In this document: in pieces, positions 9,484 through 19,131 of the stretch
How positions within the stretch are numbered: position 1 is the first letter of the stretch
Layout of the letters: each line of letters starts with the position of its first letter
From: an uncultured delta proteobacterium
GTDB lineage: Bacteria > Desulfobacterota > Binatia > Binatales > Binataceae
Length of the DNA: 64,000 nucleotides
Reading direction: 5' to 3'
Assembly (NCBI GenBank): GCA_963765675.1
Contig: CAVXXK010000001.1
Span: 960,001 to 1,024,000, forward strand
The notes under the pieces: generated by a model
What the model was told of the DNA's origin: nothing
Databases searched by the model: none
What the model saw: the letters and a program-made list of their open reading frames with translations, nothing else
Made by a program: the position numbers and the translations under genes

Positions 9484-10662
9484 TTATGCGTTTGCTCCGA
9501 GAACCAGCGTCGAATGAGTTGAGAGGATTCCGCCGTTGCCCGAGACCAGCCCAATATCATGCCGCGGCACCTGGCGCTCGCCCGCCTCTCCGCGCATCTG
9601 CACGATCCCTTCAGCGATCGGAGTCATCCCCCACATATAAAATGAGCTGAGCTGTCCGCCGCCGGTATTTACCGGGAGCGATCCTTTGGGTCCGATGCGG
9701 CCGCCCTCGACGAATGGGCCGCCCTCGCCTTTTTTGCAGAAACCGTAGTCCTCGAGCGTCACCAGCACGGTGAAGGTGTAGCAATCGTAAAGCTCGGCGA
9801 AGTTGATATCGCCAAGCTCGATTCCCGCCATCTTGAACGCGGTCTTTTTTGCCAGCGGAGCTCCCGATACCAGCGTATCCATCGGATCGCCGCCCGGATG
9901 ACCCTGGCCCATGCCGAGGATATAGACCGGCGGATGCTTGAGCGATTTCGCGCGCTCCGCCGAGGTCACGATCACGGCCAGCCCGCCGTTGGAGACCAGA
10001 CAGCAATCATAAAGATGAAACGGCTCGACCACCCATCGCGCGGCATTGTAGTCGGCCATCGTCATCGGCGTGTCATGGAACTGCGCCGCGGGATTGAGGT
10101 TGGCCCAATCGCGCTCCGAGACCGCGATGGCGCCGAGATGCTCCTGCTTGGTGCCGTACAGATACATATGGCGCTGCGCGACGAACGCGTACGCCGCGTT
10201 GACGCCGAACTGCCCGTAATGCGCGTTGAGTCCGCGCGCGAAGCCGTATGCCGCGGCTGATCCGCCGGTGGCTTTGTTTTTATCGGGCGACGGCGGACGC
10301 AGCGGAGCGTCGGCGAACACGCACGCGACGACGTTGGCCATCCCGGCCGCAATTGCCTGCGTGGCATGCATGATCATCGCGCCGGCAGTCGCGCCGCCAA
10401 GGTTCATGGTCGCGGTCAGGGTCAGGTCGGTCAGCCCCATAGCCTGCTGGAGCGAGAACGAAGCCATCGCGTTCTCCATCCAGGTAACCCCCGGATTGAC
10501 CAGCAGCCCATCGAGGTCCGAGCGCTCGAGCCCGGCGTCGGCCAAAGCGAGCTCGATCGCCTCGACCGCGAAGCCCATCGCGTTGGGATGGTCGAAATTC
10601 TTGCCCATACGGGTCTGGCCGAGTCCCGCGATGGCGCATTTAGCTCTCAAATCAGTGGACAT
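9484..10662 (-). CDS. Thiolase-fold (SCP-x/Ltp2-like) protein
   Basis: AIAGLGQT, NPAA, DCCLVSNGG, ELYDCYT and PVNTGGGQLS; paired with the DUF35 gene. Confidence 0.9.
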   Translation of the reverse strand: MSTDLRAKCAIAGLGQTRMGKNFDHPNAMGFAVEAIELALADAGLERSDLDGLLVNPGVTWMENAMASFSLQQAMGLTDLTLTATMNLGGATAGAMIMHATQAIAAGMANVVACVFADAPLRPPSPDKNKATGGSAAAYGFARGLNAHYGQFGVNAAYAFVAQRHMYLYGTKQEHLGAIAVSERDWANLNPAAQFHDTPMTMADYNAARWVVEPFHLYDCCLVSNGGLAVIVTSAERAKSLKHPPVYILGMGQGHPGGDPMDTLVSGAPLAKKTAFKMAGIELGDINFAELYDCYTFTVLVTLEDYGFCKKGEGGPFVEGGRIGPKGSLPVNTGGGQLSSFYMWGMTPIAEGIVQMRGEAGERQVPRHDIGLVSGNGGILSTHSTLVLGANA

Positions 10663-10869
10663 AAGTGGTCTCCGTATAGTGCGCGAAGGCCCCCGGGCGC
10701 AATCCCAGATCATAGCCCAACCTGTCCCGGGGCCAAAACGGGCCAAACCGGCCTCGTAGCCTCCAACGCTGCGCTTTCGTATTGTCTCTAGGAATTGGTT
10801 GGCAAGGCTCAGGATTGGTTGCCAACAGTCGATTGATGCACTTACAATTGACGGCGGGAGATCTACCAG

Positions 10870-12171
10870 ATGGCCGAACCGGTAAGCTTCGAGGCGCTCG
10901 CGAGCAGTCAGCACGTGCTCTCCAGCGCGGAGAATTTTGTGCTCTACGTCCTGCTCGAGGCTGTTGCGCGCGGCGCAGGCGGTGGCGGCGGCAGCAGGCT
11001 GCCACTTAACCTGAGCGTCGTGATCGATCGCTCGGGCTCGATGTATGACGAGCAGCGACTCGAGTTCGTGGTCGACGCGGTCAAGTTTCTTGCCGGCAAC
11101 CTGACCCCGGAAGACAAGGTCTCGATCGTCGCGTTTGCCGACAAGGCGAAAGTTATCGTGACGCCGGAAGAGGCGACCAACCGCGACGCCGTCAATCGCG
11201 CGATCGACGATATCGACATGCTCGAAATCGGCGGCGGCACGCAGATGGCGCTCGGGATGCGCGCCGCTATCGACGAGGTCAAGAAGAACCTCGACACCTC
11301 GCGCCTAAACCGCGTGCTGGTCCTGACCGACGGCCAGACCTACGAGGAGACCGCCTGCATCGATCTGGTGCAGCAGAACCGCGACAAGATTTCGTTCTCC
11401 ACCATGGGCGTTGGCGTCGAGTTCAACGAAAAGCTGCTCCAGCGTCTGGCGCAGGATTCTAACGGCAAGTATCACTTCATCGGCAACCCGGGCGACATCC
11501 CGACTATCTTCGATGACGAGTTACAGGGATTGCGCGCGGTCAGCCTGCGTAACGTCCGGATCGACGTGACGCTGGCGCAGGGCGTGCAAGTGCGCGAGAC
11601 CTTTCGTGCCTCACCGGAGATCTACGCGATGGGCGCGCCGATCATCGGCGACGATCGCAAGATCGCGTACGAGATTGGCGACCTCGAAGCCGGCGTTCCC
11701 GGCTCGGTTCTGCTGACGCTGGTGCTGCCGCCGCGCAAGCCGGGCACCGTCCGGATGCTCCAGAGCGGACTGCATTACACCGTCCCGGGAGGCAGCGAAG
11801 GATCGGCGAGTTGCGACCTGACCGTCGAGTACACGCTCGATCGCACGCTCACCAGCAAACGCAACGGCCGGGTCATGAACCTGGTCGACCAGGTTTCGAT
11901 TGCGAAGCTGCAGGCCAAGGCGGAAGAAGAGCTCAAGGCCGGCAATATCGATCGCGCGACGCGTCTTCTGGGCAACGCGATCCAGGGCACGCAGCGGATG
12001 GGCAACAGCAAGGCGACCCAGGCTCTGGCCGGGCTGCTCGATCAGGTCAAGAAGACCCAGACCCTGCAGACCAAGGCGGCCAAGACCACGCTCTTGCAGG
12101 CGCAGGCAGTGGTGCGCAAAACCCAGATGCTCGATCCCGATGCATTGAAGGATTTCGGCAAACCTGAATAG
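10870..12171 (+). CDS. von Willebrand factor A domain protein
   Basis: MIDAS DRSGS, GGT and LTDG; C-terminal helical tail. Confidence 0.92.
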   Translation: MAEPVSFEALASSQHVLSSAENFVLYVLLEAVARGAGGGGGSRLPLNLSVVIDRSGSMYDEQRLEFVVDAVKFLAGNLTPEDKVSIVAFADKAKVIVTPEEATNRDAVNRAIDDIDMLEIGGGTQMALGMRAAIDEVKKNLDTSRLNRVLVLTDGQTYEETACIDLVQQNRDKISFSTMGVGVEFNEKLLQRLAQDSNGKYHFIGNPGDIPTIFDDELQGLRAVSLRNVRIDVTLAQGVQVRETFRASPEIYAMGAPIIGDDRKIAYEIGDLEAGVPGSVLLTLVLPPRKPGTVRMLQSGLHYTVPGGSEGSASCDLTVEYTLDRTLTSKRNGRVMNLVDQVSIAKLQAKAEEELKAGNIDRATRLLGNAIQGTQRMGNSKATQALAGLLDQVKKTQTLQTKAAKTTLLQAQAVVRKTQMLDPDALKDFGKPE

Positions 12172-12241
12172 TTAATCGTTTCCACATTCGACAGGGGACA
12201 GGCGAAAAATCTCCCGCAGCCGAAGGACAGGGGCTCAAGAC

Positions 12242-12850
12242 ATGATCAAGTGCAGCGAGTGCAGCTACGAAAACATGGACGGTCTGGATTATTGCGACGG
12301 ATGCGGCGCCAAACTGACGGCCTCCGCCGACGCGGCGCCTTCTGCTCCCGAAGCGCCCAAGCCTGAGGCTGCCGCGGCCGACGCCGCGGCGCCCGCAGCG
12401 CATCCGGCGGAAGAAGCCAAGCCTTCGGACGCTCCTACCGGCGAGATCAAGCCGGAAGCCGCTCCTGCTGAAGCACCTGCTGCAGCGGCGCCCTCGGGCG
12501 CTCCGATGTCGTTCAAGGCGACGCTCAAGATCGTTCGCGGCGGACGCAAGGATCAGGAGTTCCCACTCGAGGACGGCAATAATCTGGTAGGACGATGGGA
12601 TCCCGACACCGGGTCATTCCCTGAAGTCGATCTCGACGCCGACGATCCCGAAGCCAAAATTTCGCGCAAGCACGCGCTGATCCGAATCGCCGACGGCAAA
12701 ATCACGGTCGAGGATATCGGAAGCCTAAACGGCACGTATGTGAACCGTGGCGCGCGCTTGGTTCCCGGAACCGCGGTCGAGCTTAAGACGGGTGACGAAG
12801 TTATCATCGGAAAGACCTTCCTCAAGTTGACGGTCGATCCGATATCCTGA
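12242..12850 (+). CDS. Zn-ribbon plus FHA domain protein
   Basis: CSEC...CDGC, Ala/Pro linker and FHA motifs GR, SRKHA, SLNGT. Confidence 0.92.
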   Translation: MIKCSECSYENMDGLDYCDGCGAKLTASADAAPSAPEAPKPEAAAADAAAPAAHPAEEAKPSDAPTGEIKPEAAPAEAPAAAAPSGAPMSFKATLKIVRGGRKDQEFPLEDGNNLVGRWDPDTGSFPEVDLDADDPEAKISRKHALIRIADGKITVEDIGSLNGTYVNRGARLVPGTAVELKTGDEVIIGKTFLKLTVDPIS

Positions 12851-12935
12851 TTCGCCAATATCCAGATTCGCTTCGCTCTGCCGCAGCGCGCCACCCGGCC
12901 CTGCAAGCGGAAACGAAGCCAGACGTGGACGCATC

Positions 12936-14669
12936 ATGAACCCGGGTGAGCCGCTGTTGGAGGGTCATCTCCTGGACGGCCGCTATCGCGTCCGGAAAGT
13001 CCTCGGCGTGGGCGGTATGGGCAGAGTTTATCTGTCCAACGACACGCGCCTTGCGAGCCGGCCGGTTGCGGTCAAAGAGATGATCCTCGGCGACGGGATT
13101 GCCGAGAAAAAAGCGATCGAGGACTTCACTCGCGAGGCGACGGTCCTCGCCCGCCTGACCCATCCGGGCATTCCGACGCTGATCGATCATTTCGCCGAGA
13201 ACGGACGCCACTACCTGGTGATGGAATTCGTTGCCGGTGGCACGCTCGAGGACGCGCTCACCAAGGCCGGCGGCAAAATGTCCGAGGCGCTGACCCTGCG
13301 TTACGCGCGCCAGATGCTCGAAGTGCTGGATTTTCTGCATGCACAGACTCCGCCGATCGTGTACCGCGACATCAAGCCCGGCAACATCATGATCGACAAG
13401 GACGGCCGCGCGATGCTGATCGATTTCGGCATCGCGCGCTTCCTGCCCAAGGGCGGCAAGGCCACGATGATCGGCTCGCCCGGCTACGCGCCGCCCGAGC
13501 AATACGTCGGCAAGGTCGAGCCGCGCTCAGACCTCTATTCGCTCGCCGCCACGATGCATCATCTGCTGAGCGGGCGCGATCCGGCGCTCGAGCCGCCATT
13601 CAGCTTTCCGCCGTTAAGGAGCGTCGCGCCACAGGTCTCCGAGCAAACCGCCAAGGCCGTCGATCGCGCGCTGAACCATCAGATCGATCTGCGCTTTGCC
13701 TCCGCGCGCGAAATGCTCAATTCGCTGCCGCTGCCGCCCGAAGATCATTCGCAGGCTTTCGCCAACGGCGGCTCTTCGATGGGTTCGATGCGGACCGTGG
13801 TGCTGGCGAACCCGATCGCCGAACCCGCGGGCGCGGTTCCCGCGCAGCCGATTCGTCCCAGCTCGCCAACGCCGGGACGGCTGACCTATCCGCCACCGAC
13901 TCCCGCGCCGCGCATCAGTTCCGGTTCATCTCCGTCTCTTACGAATATGCCGACCGTCGTACTGTCGCGTCCCGCCGCCGGGTCGCCGTCGAAGGCGGCG
14001 CCGTCGGCGGGACCGAAGCCACTTAACCCCTCGATGCAAAAGGCGATCGACTTGGGCGCGCGGGCCAAGGCGCTCCTCGAGCGCGGACTTCGGTCAAAGA
14101 TCGTCTCGACCGTGATGCAGGGCGGATCGAACCCAGGCGACGGCGACTCCGCAGGCGTCTCTTCGACCGCGAAGACGCGCGAGTTGCGCCCGGGCGCGTC
14201 CTCGCCGCGGCAGGCGGCTCCTGTCTCGACTGCGGAGCGTTCTCCCGCGCCGACGGCGGCGCGCTCGGGATCGGTTGCTCCGGCGCGGCCCCGTCCGGTC
14301 ACGCCGCCGCTCTTTCCCGAGGACGCCAAGGGGCGCACCACCGGCGCGCCGGCGCGGTTGGCCGCGCGGGGCGAGAACTTGGAGTTCACGATCAGGTTCG
14401 TCCATACGACTATCGGGCGCTCCCAGAACGGGCAGACCTCGAAGCCCGATATCGATCTGGCGGCGGTCAAGCGCGGCGCCGAGCGCGTCTCGAATCTGCA
14501 TGCGGAGATCGTGCAGCGCGGCGCGGATTATTTTATCCGCGACCTGGGCAGCTTAAACGGCACCTATATCGCCGGACTCGGACGGCTCGGGCGCGACCAG
14601 CTCTACAAATTGAAGGATCGCGACCAGGTGGTCCTGGGCGGTGCTATTTTGCAGTTCCGAAGAGGTTAG
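12936..14669 (+). CDS. Hanks-type Ser/Thr kinase with C-terminal FHA domain
   Basis: GVGGMG, VAVKE, YRDIKPGN, DFG and APPE; Pro/Ser linker; FHA IGRS...SNLHA...SLNGT. Confidence 0.93.
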   Translation: MNPGEPLLEGHLLDGRYRVRKVLGVGGMGRVYLSNDTRLASRPVAVKEMILGDGIAEKKAIEDFTREATVLARLTHPGIPTLIDHFAENGRHYLVMEFVAGGTLEDALTKAGGKMSEALTLRYARQMLEVLDFLHAQTPPIVYRDIKPGNIMIDKDGRAMLIDFGIARFLPKGGKATMIGSPGYAPPEQYVGKVEPRSDLYSLAATMHHLLSGRDPALEPPFSFPPLRSVAPQVSEQTAKAVDRALNHQIDLRFASAREMLNSLPLPPEDHSQAFANGGSSMGSMRTVVLANPIAEPAGAVPAQPIRPSSPTPGRLTYPPPTPAPRISSGSSPSLTNMPTVVLSRPAAGSPSKAAPSAGPKPLNPSMQKAIDLGARAKALLERGLRSKIVSTVMQGGSNPGDGDSAGVSSTAKTRELRPGASSPRQAAPVSTAERSPAPTAARSGSVAPARPRPVTPPLFPEDAKGRTTGAPARLAARGENLEFTIRFVHTTIGRSQNGQTSKPDIDLAAVKRGAERVSNLHAEIVQRGADYFIRDLGSLNGTYIAGLGRLGRDQLYKLKDRDQVVLGGAILQFRRG

Positions 14670-14675
14670 CCGCGA

Positions 14676-16697
14676 ATGATCAAGTGTCCCGAATGTGGTG
14701 AGCAGGCGCCCGACGGCGCGAAATTCTGCGACCGATGCGGCCGCGGTCTCGACCCCGCCGCCGCCAGCGCCGCACCCGTCGCCACGCGTCCGCCGCCGCT
14801 GGCTGCCGGCGCTATCCTCAAGGACAAGTTCGAGATCGTCGAGCCGATCGCGGGAACCTCGATCGAAAATCGTTATCGCGCGCGCACGATCGGCGGCGAC
14901 ACTCCCGCCTCAGTCATTCTGCGCGAGCGCTTCGGCCCCAAGCCTGAGATTCAATCTAATAACGCCGCCGATTCGCAAAACGAAGCCACCGCTCCCGACG
15001 CCGATACTGCTCCGCTTCCTGCGCCGGAAGATCCAAACGGTCCGCACGCAAAAACCGCCGAGCTGAAACCAGTACTCGCCGCACCCCCACCCGCGCCGGC
15101 CGGAGCCCTCCAGGCAGAGACCGCGGTCGAGGCTCCGGAACCAGCGCCTGCTGCCGCCATCGAGAACAAGAACGAGAGTGACGGCGCGCCCTCCGATAGC
15201 GTCGTGAGCGCGGACTCGCAGGCCAACGGAACCGCGCCCGTATTGGAAACGCCACCGGCCGATGCCGGCGAGCAACCTGATCTACAGGAGCATCTCGAAG
15301 ACCTTGCACAGGATGATTTGGGCGAAGTGTTCGGGCGCGTGATGGCGCTCTCGATGACGCTGTCGCATCCGGCGTTCCAGCGCGCCGACGCAGGCTTTGC
15401 CGAAAACGGGCGCGTCTATCTGGTCTATGCGGACGAGGCCCTTAAGCCGATGCCCGCGCCGCCGATGAGCGAGCCCGAAGCGATCTCGGCCGCGATCCAG
15501 GTGTGCCAGGCGATCGCGTTCGTGCATCGCCGGGGCCTGCGCCTGAACGACATCTGCCCGCAATCGGTGGCACTGTCGGGTTCGGGGCGGATAAAGCTCA
15601 CCGGGCTCGATTACGTGAGCAACGACAATGAGTTGGCGGGCGATCTGATTTTCAACGACGGCTATACCGCGCCCGAGATTTATCGCGGCAAGAAGACCGA
15701 CAAGCGCGCCGATATCTTCTCGGCCGGAGCACTCCTCTACACTTGGCTCACGGGCGAGCGGATCGAGAGCGAGAGCTGGCGCGAGGAAGCCGGTCCGGTG
15801 CGCTTTTATCCGCCGCACGTCGTCACACCGGAACTCGAGCAGGCGATATTGCGGGCGATCCAGTTCGAGCCTTCCGCACGCTGGGCGACGATCGACGAGT
15901 TCAAAGCCGAGCTGACCCGCCTGCTCGCACAGTTCCGGATTCGCATCGCCGCGCTGACTGACGTCGGGATGGTGCGAGACCATAACGAAGATGCGCTGAT
16001 GATCGTCGATTATGTGCGTGACTCGCTGGTCGAGCCGGACCAGAATCATCTGTGCGTCGTGTGCGACGGGATGGGCGGTGCGGAAGCGGGCGAAGTCGCA
16101 GCCGCAATTGCGGTTAAAACGATCCGCGATTATGTTGAAACCCGGCTGGCCGGTGCCGAAGCGATCGATCCGGGCAAGCTCATGAGCGGCGCGCTCGAAG
16201 AGGCAAATTCTAAAATTCTGGAGTACGTCGGATTCCATCCGGAGTCGCGCGGGATGGGTTCGACCGGCGTTACTGCTCTGCTCACCCAGAGCGGCGCAGC
16301 GGTGGCATGGGTTGGCGACAGCCGCGGCTACCTGCTGGAAAACGGCGCGCTCAGGCAGGTGACCAAGGATCATTCTCTGGTGCAGCGCCTGGTCGATATA
16401 GGGCAAATCACCCCTGCCGAGGCGCGCACCCATGAGCATAAGAACGTGATTACGCGCTCGCTCGGCGCGCGCCAGAGCGGTCCTGCCGGAGCGGAAGCCG
16501 TGCCGGTAAAGTTAAAGCGCGGCGACCAGTTGCTGCTGTGCAGCGACGGGCTGACGACTCACGTCGAGGACAAGGATGTAGCCGCGATCCTGCGGCGTCA
16601 TCGCGATCCCTACGACGCGGCGCGCGAGCTTATCGCGGCAGCTAACGCCGGCGGCGGTACCGATAACATCACCGTGATTGTAATTCACGCGAGCTGA
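14676..16697 (+). CDS. Zn-ribbon, degenerate kinase domain and PP2C phosphatase fusion
   Basis: CPEC...CDRC; kinase-like GYTAPE and ADIFSAG; intact PP2C motifs NEDA, CDGMGG, VGDSR, CSDGL and DNIT. Confidence 0.9.
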   Translation: MIKCPECGEQAPDGAKFCDRCGRGLDPAAASAAPVATRPPPLAAGAILKDKFEIVEPIAGTSIENRYRARTIGGDTPASVILRERFGPKPEIQSNNAADSQNEATAPDADTAPLPAPEDPNGPHAKTAELKPVLAAPPPAPAGALQAETAVEAPEPAPAAAIENKNESDGAPSDSVVSADSQANGTAPVLETPPADAGEQPDLQEHLEDLAQDDLGEVFGRVMALSMTLSHPAFQRADAGFAENGRVYLVYADEALKPMPAPPMSEPEAISAAIQVCQAIAFVHRRGLRLNDICPQSVALSGSGRIKLTGLDYVSNDNELAGDLIFNDGYTAPEIYRGKKTDKRADIFSAGALLYTWLTGERIESESWREEAGPVRFYPPHVVTPELEQAILRAIQFEPSARWATIDEFKAELTRLLAQFRIRIAALTDVGMVRDHNEDALMIVDYVRDSLVEPDQNHLCVVCDGMGGAEAGEVAAAIAVKTIRDYVETRLAGAEAIDPGKLMSGALEEANSKILEYVGFHPESRGMGSTGVTALLTQSGAAVAWVGDSRGYLLENGALRQVTKDHSLVQRLVDIGQITPAEARTHEHKNVITRSLGARQSGPAGAEAVPVKLKRGDQLLLCSDGLTTHVEDKDVAAILRRHRDPYDAARELIAAANAGGGTDNITVIVIHAS

Positions 16698-16715
16698 TCT
16701 TAGACGGCTTAAGCG

Positions 16716-19115
16716 ATGGCGGAAAATCCAAACCCAACTGGACCGGTAACCGGACCGCTCGCGCCCGGGACCCTGCTCCAGAACCGCTATCTGATCGATC
16801 GCCTGCTGGGCGGCGGCGGGCAGGGGATGGTTTACCTTGCGCGCGATCAGCGGCTTGCCAATCGCACCTGCGCGCTCAAGGAGATGGTCGATCATTTCAT
16901 CGACCATGCCAAGCGAATCGAAGCCAACGACTACTTCGCGCGCGAGGCCGACACCCTGGCGCAGCTGAAGCATCCGGCGATCCCCGCGATAACCGATCGC
17001 TTCGACGACCAGAATCGCCACTACCTGGTGATGGAGTACGTCGAGGGGCGCAACCTCGAAGAAGAACTCGCCGCGCGCGGCGAACCTCTTCCCGAGGGCC
17101 TGGTTATCGACATCGCGCGCCAGCTCTGCGACGTGCTGAGTTATCTGCACGGGCACGAGCCGCCCATCATCTACCGCGACATGAAGCCGTCGAACGTGAT
17201 GCTGACGCCCAAGGGGCGCGCAGTGCTGATCGATTTCGGAATCGCGCGGCTGTTCAAGGCCTCCAGCAAGGGCACCATGATCGGCACGCTGGGCTTCGCG
17301 CCGCCAGAACAGTACCAGGGCAATGTCGATCCGCGCAGCGACCTCTACTCACTCGGCGCGACGCTGCACTACGTGCTCTCCGGACGCGACCCCGAGAAAT
17401 TTCCACCGTTCAGCTTTCCGCCGATCCGCGAGCTGCGCCCCGCGCTCTCGCCGAATCTGGCCGGCGCGATCGACGCCGCCCTCGCCTACGACGTGTCGCG
17501 CCGCCCCGCGAGCGTGGCCGACTTCCGCGACATGATGCTCTATGGCCGCGGACTCGAGGACGCAGGCGCGCGCGGCGTCACCGCGCGTGCCGGCACCGAC
17601 GACTTGTCGCTGGCCTCGATTCCCGACGAACTGCCGCAACAGGTCTATCGGCCGCGCAAGCCAAAGAGCGCGGCGCGCCGCGCGATCGCGCTACTGGTGT
17701 TTTGCGTCCTGCTGGGCGGAATGGCATTCGGCGCGACTTATGTTTATTCGGATCCGCAGCTTCAGGCTGAGCTCGGGGTCAAAGGGTTTATCGACGGGCT
17801 GCCGTGGAAGCATGAGGAGCTGCTGGCCAAGGCGCAACAGCATCCGCTCGACTTCGAGCGGATGACGCTTGCGCTCTCGACGCGCGAGGGCACTCCGCTC
17901 GGTCCGCCGCAGGCTTCGTTCACCGATACCGATCTGACCAACGCGCGCTATCTGAAATGGTCGGCGACGTTTACCAACGCGCTAGCGGGACTGGCAGGCC
18001 GCTCCGACAAGGTTGAGGCGCGCTTCTATGATCCCAACGGACTGCAGATCGCCTCGAGCAATCAGGAAGTGTACCTGGGTCCCTCGCAATCGACCGCGGA
18101 TTTCTCGGGCGTCGCGCTGATGCCCACGATGACGGATAAGCCGCCCGGCAGTTACAAGGTCGCGGTTTACATGGACGATCAGATGCTGGGCGAAAACCAG
18201 TTCACGGTGACGCAGGACCTGTCGGCGCGCAAAGCCGCCGCCGCTGCCGATGCGGCCGCGGCAGCCGCCGCGAAAGCCGACGAAGCCAAACGCGCCGAAG
18301 AAGCGCGCCGGCTCGCGATGATCGAAGAGGCGCGCCGCAAACCTCTGCAACTTCGCGATATCCAGTTTCTCAATACCACCAAAACCGGCACCGCGATTTC
18401 CGGCGCGACCACCAGCTTCGACGTCTCCAAGGTTCTGTTCGTTGGATGGCAGGTCTCTTTTGACAATCGCCTGTTCGGCCTCGAATCGAGCCAGTACCGC
18501 GTCGACGCGGCATATATCGCACCCGACGGGCGCACGCTCGGAAGCGTCAACGATTGGCAGAACATATCGCCGAGCCAGCGTATCGCGACCTTCAGCGGAC
18601 GGGTCGGCAACTCGCGTGGAGGAGCTTTCCTGCCGGGAACCTACACCGTCAATTTTTATTTGAACGGGCAATACTTCGGGCAGAAGAAATTCCGCGTGGT
18701 CGCATCCGCCGGAGGACCCTATGCGTCCTCGCCCAGCAGCGGAAGCTATAGCGGCAGTGGCAGCGGCTACGGCGGCGGTTACGGATCATCGGGATCGGCC
18801 ACCGCGAGCTTGGTCGGTCCGACGCTCGCGACCGGTACGATCAGCGGTCTTCCGGGCGGAGGTCATCCGGGGATGGAACTGCGCCTGCGCCCGCAGCCCA
18901 ACGGCTTTCTGCATGGCGAGCTGGTGATCCACAAACCCGGCTTCGAGTTGGCGCCGCTCGAGGGTTTTATCCGCGGCAACCACATCCAGTTCCAGGTCCC
19001 ATACGGCAGCGACACCTATTATTTCGAAGGCGAGCGCGGCGGCGACACCCTAAGCGGCACCTACAATTCGACGCCGTCGGGCGGCAGCGGCACCTGGACC
19101 GCACAAGCTAACTGA
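16716..19115 (+). CDS. Transmembrane (receptor-type) Ser/Thr kinase with extracytoplasmic beta-sandwich repeats
   Basis: GGGGQG, ALKE, YRDMKPSN, DFG and APPE; one TM helix (AIALLVFCVLLGGMAFGATYVY). Confidence 0.92.
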   Translation: MAENPNPTGPVTGPLAPGTLLQNRYLIDRLLGGGGQGMVYLARDQRLANRTCALKEMVDHFIDHAKRIEANDYFAREADTLAQLKHPAIPAITDRFDDQNRHYLVMEYVEGRNLEEELAARGEPLPEGLVIDIARQLCDVLSYLHGHEPPIIYRDMKPSNVMLTPKGRAVLIDFGIARLFKASSKGTMIGTLGFAPPEQYQGNVDPRSDLYSLGATLHYVLSGRDPEKFPPFSFPPIRELRPALSPNLAGAIDAALAYDVSRRPASVADFRDMMLYGRGLEDAGARGVTARAGTDDLSLASIPDELPQQVYRPRKPKSAARRAIALLVFCVLLGGMAFGATYVYSDPQLQAELGVKGFIDGLPWKHEELLAKAQQHPLDFERMTLALSTREGTPLGPPQASFTDTDLTNARYLKWSATFTNALAGLAGRSDKVEARFYDPNGLQIASSNQEVYLGPSQSTADFSGVALMPTMTDKPPGSYKVAVYMDDQMLGENQFTVTQDLSARKAAAAADAAAAAAAKADEAKRAEEARRLAMIEEARRKPLQLRDIQFLNTTKTGTAISGATTSFDVSKVLFVGWQVSFDNRLFGLESSQYRVDAAYIAPDGRTLGSVNDWQNISPSQRIATFSGRVGNSRGGAFLPGTYTVNFYLNGQYFGQKKFRVVASAGGPYASSPSSGSYSGSGSGYGGGYGSSGSATASLVGPTLATGTISGLPGGGHPGMELRLRPQPNGFLHGELVIHKPGFELAPLEGFIRGNHIQFQVPYGSDTYYFEGERGGDTLSGTYNSTPSGGSGTWTAQAN

Positions 19116-19131
19116 TTTTCTTCCGCGACAG

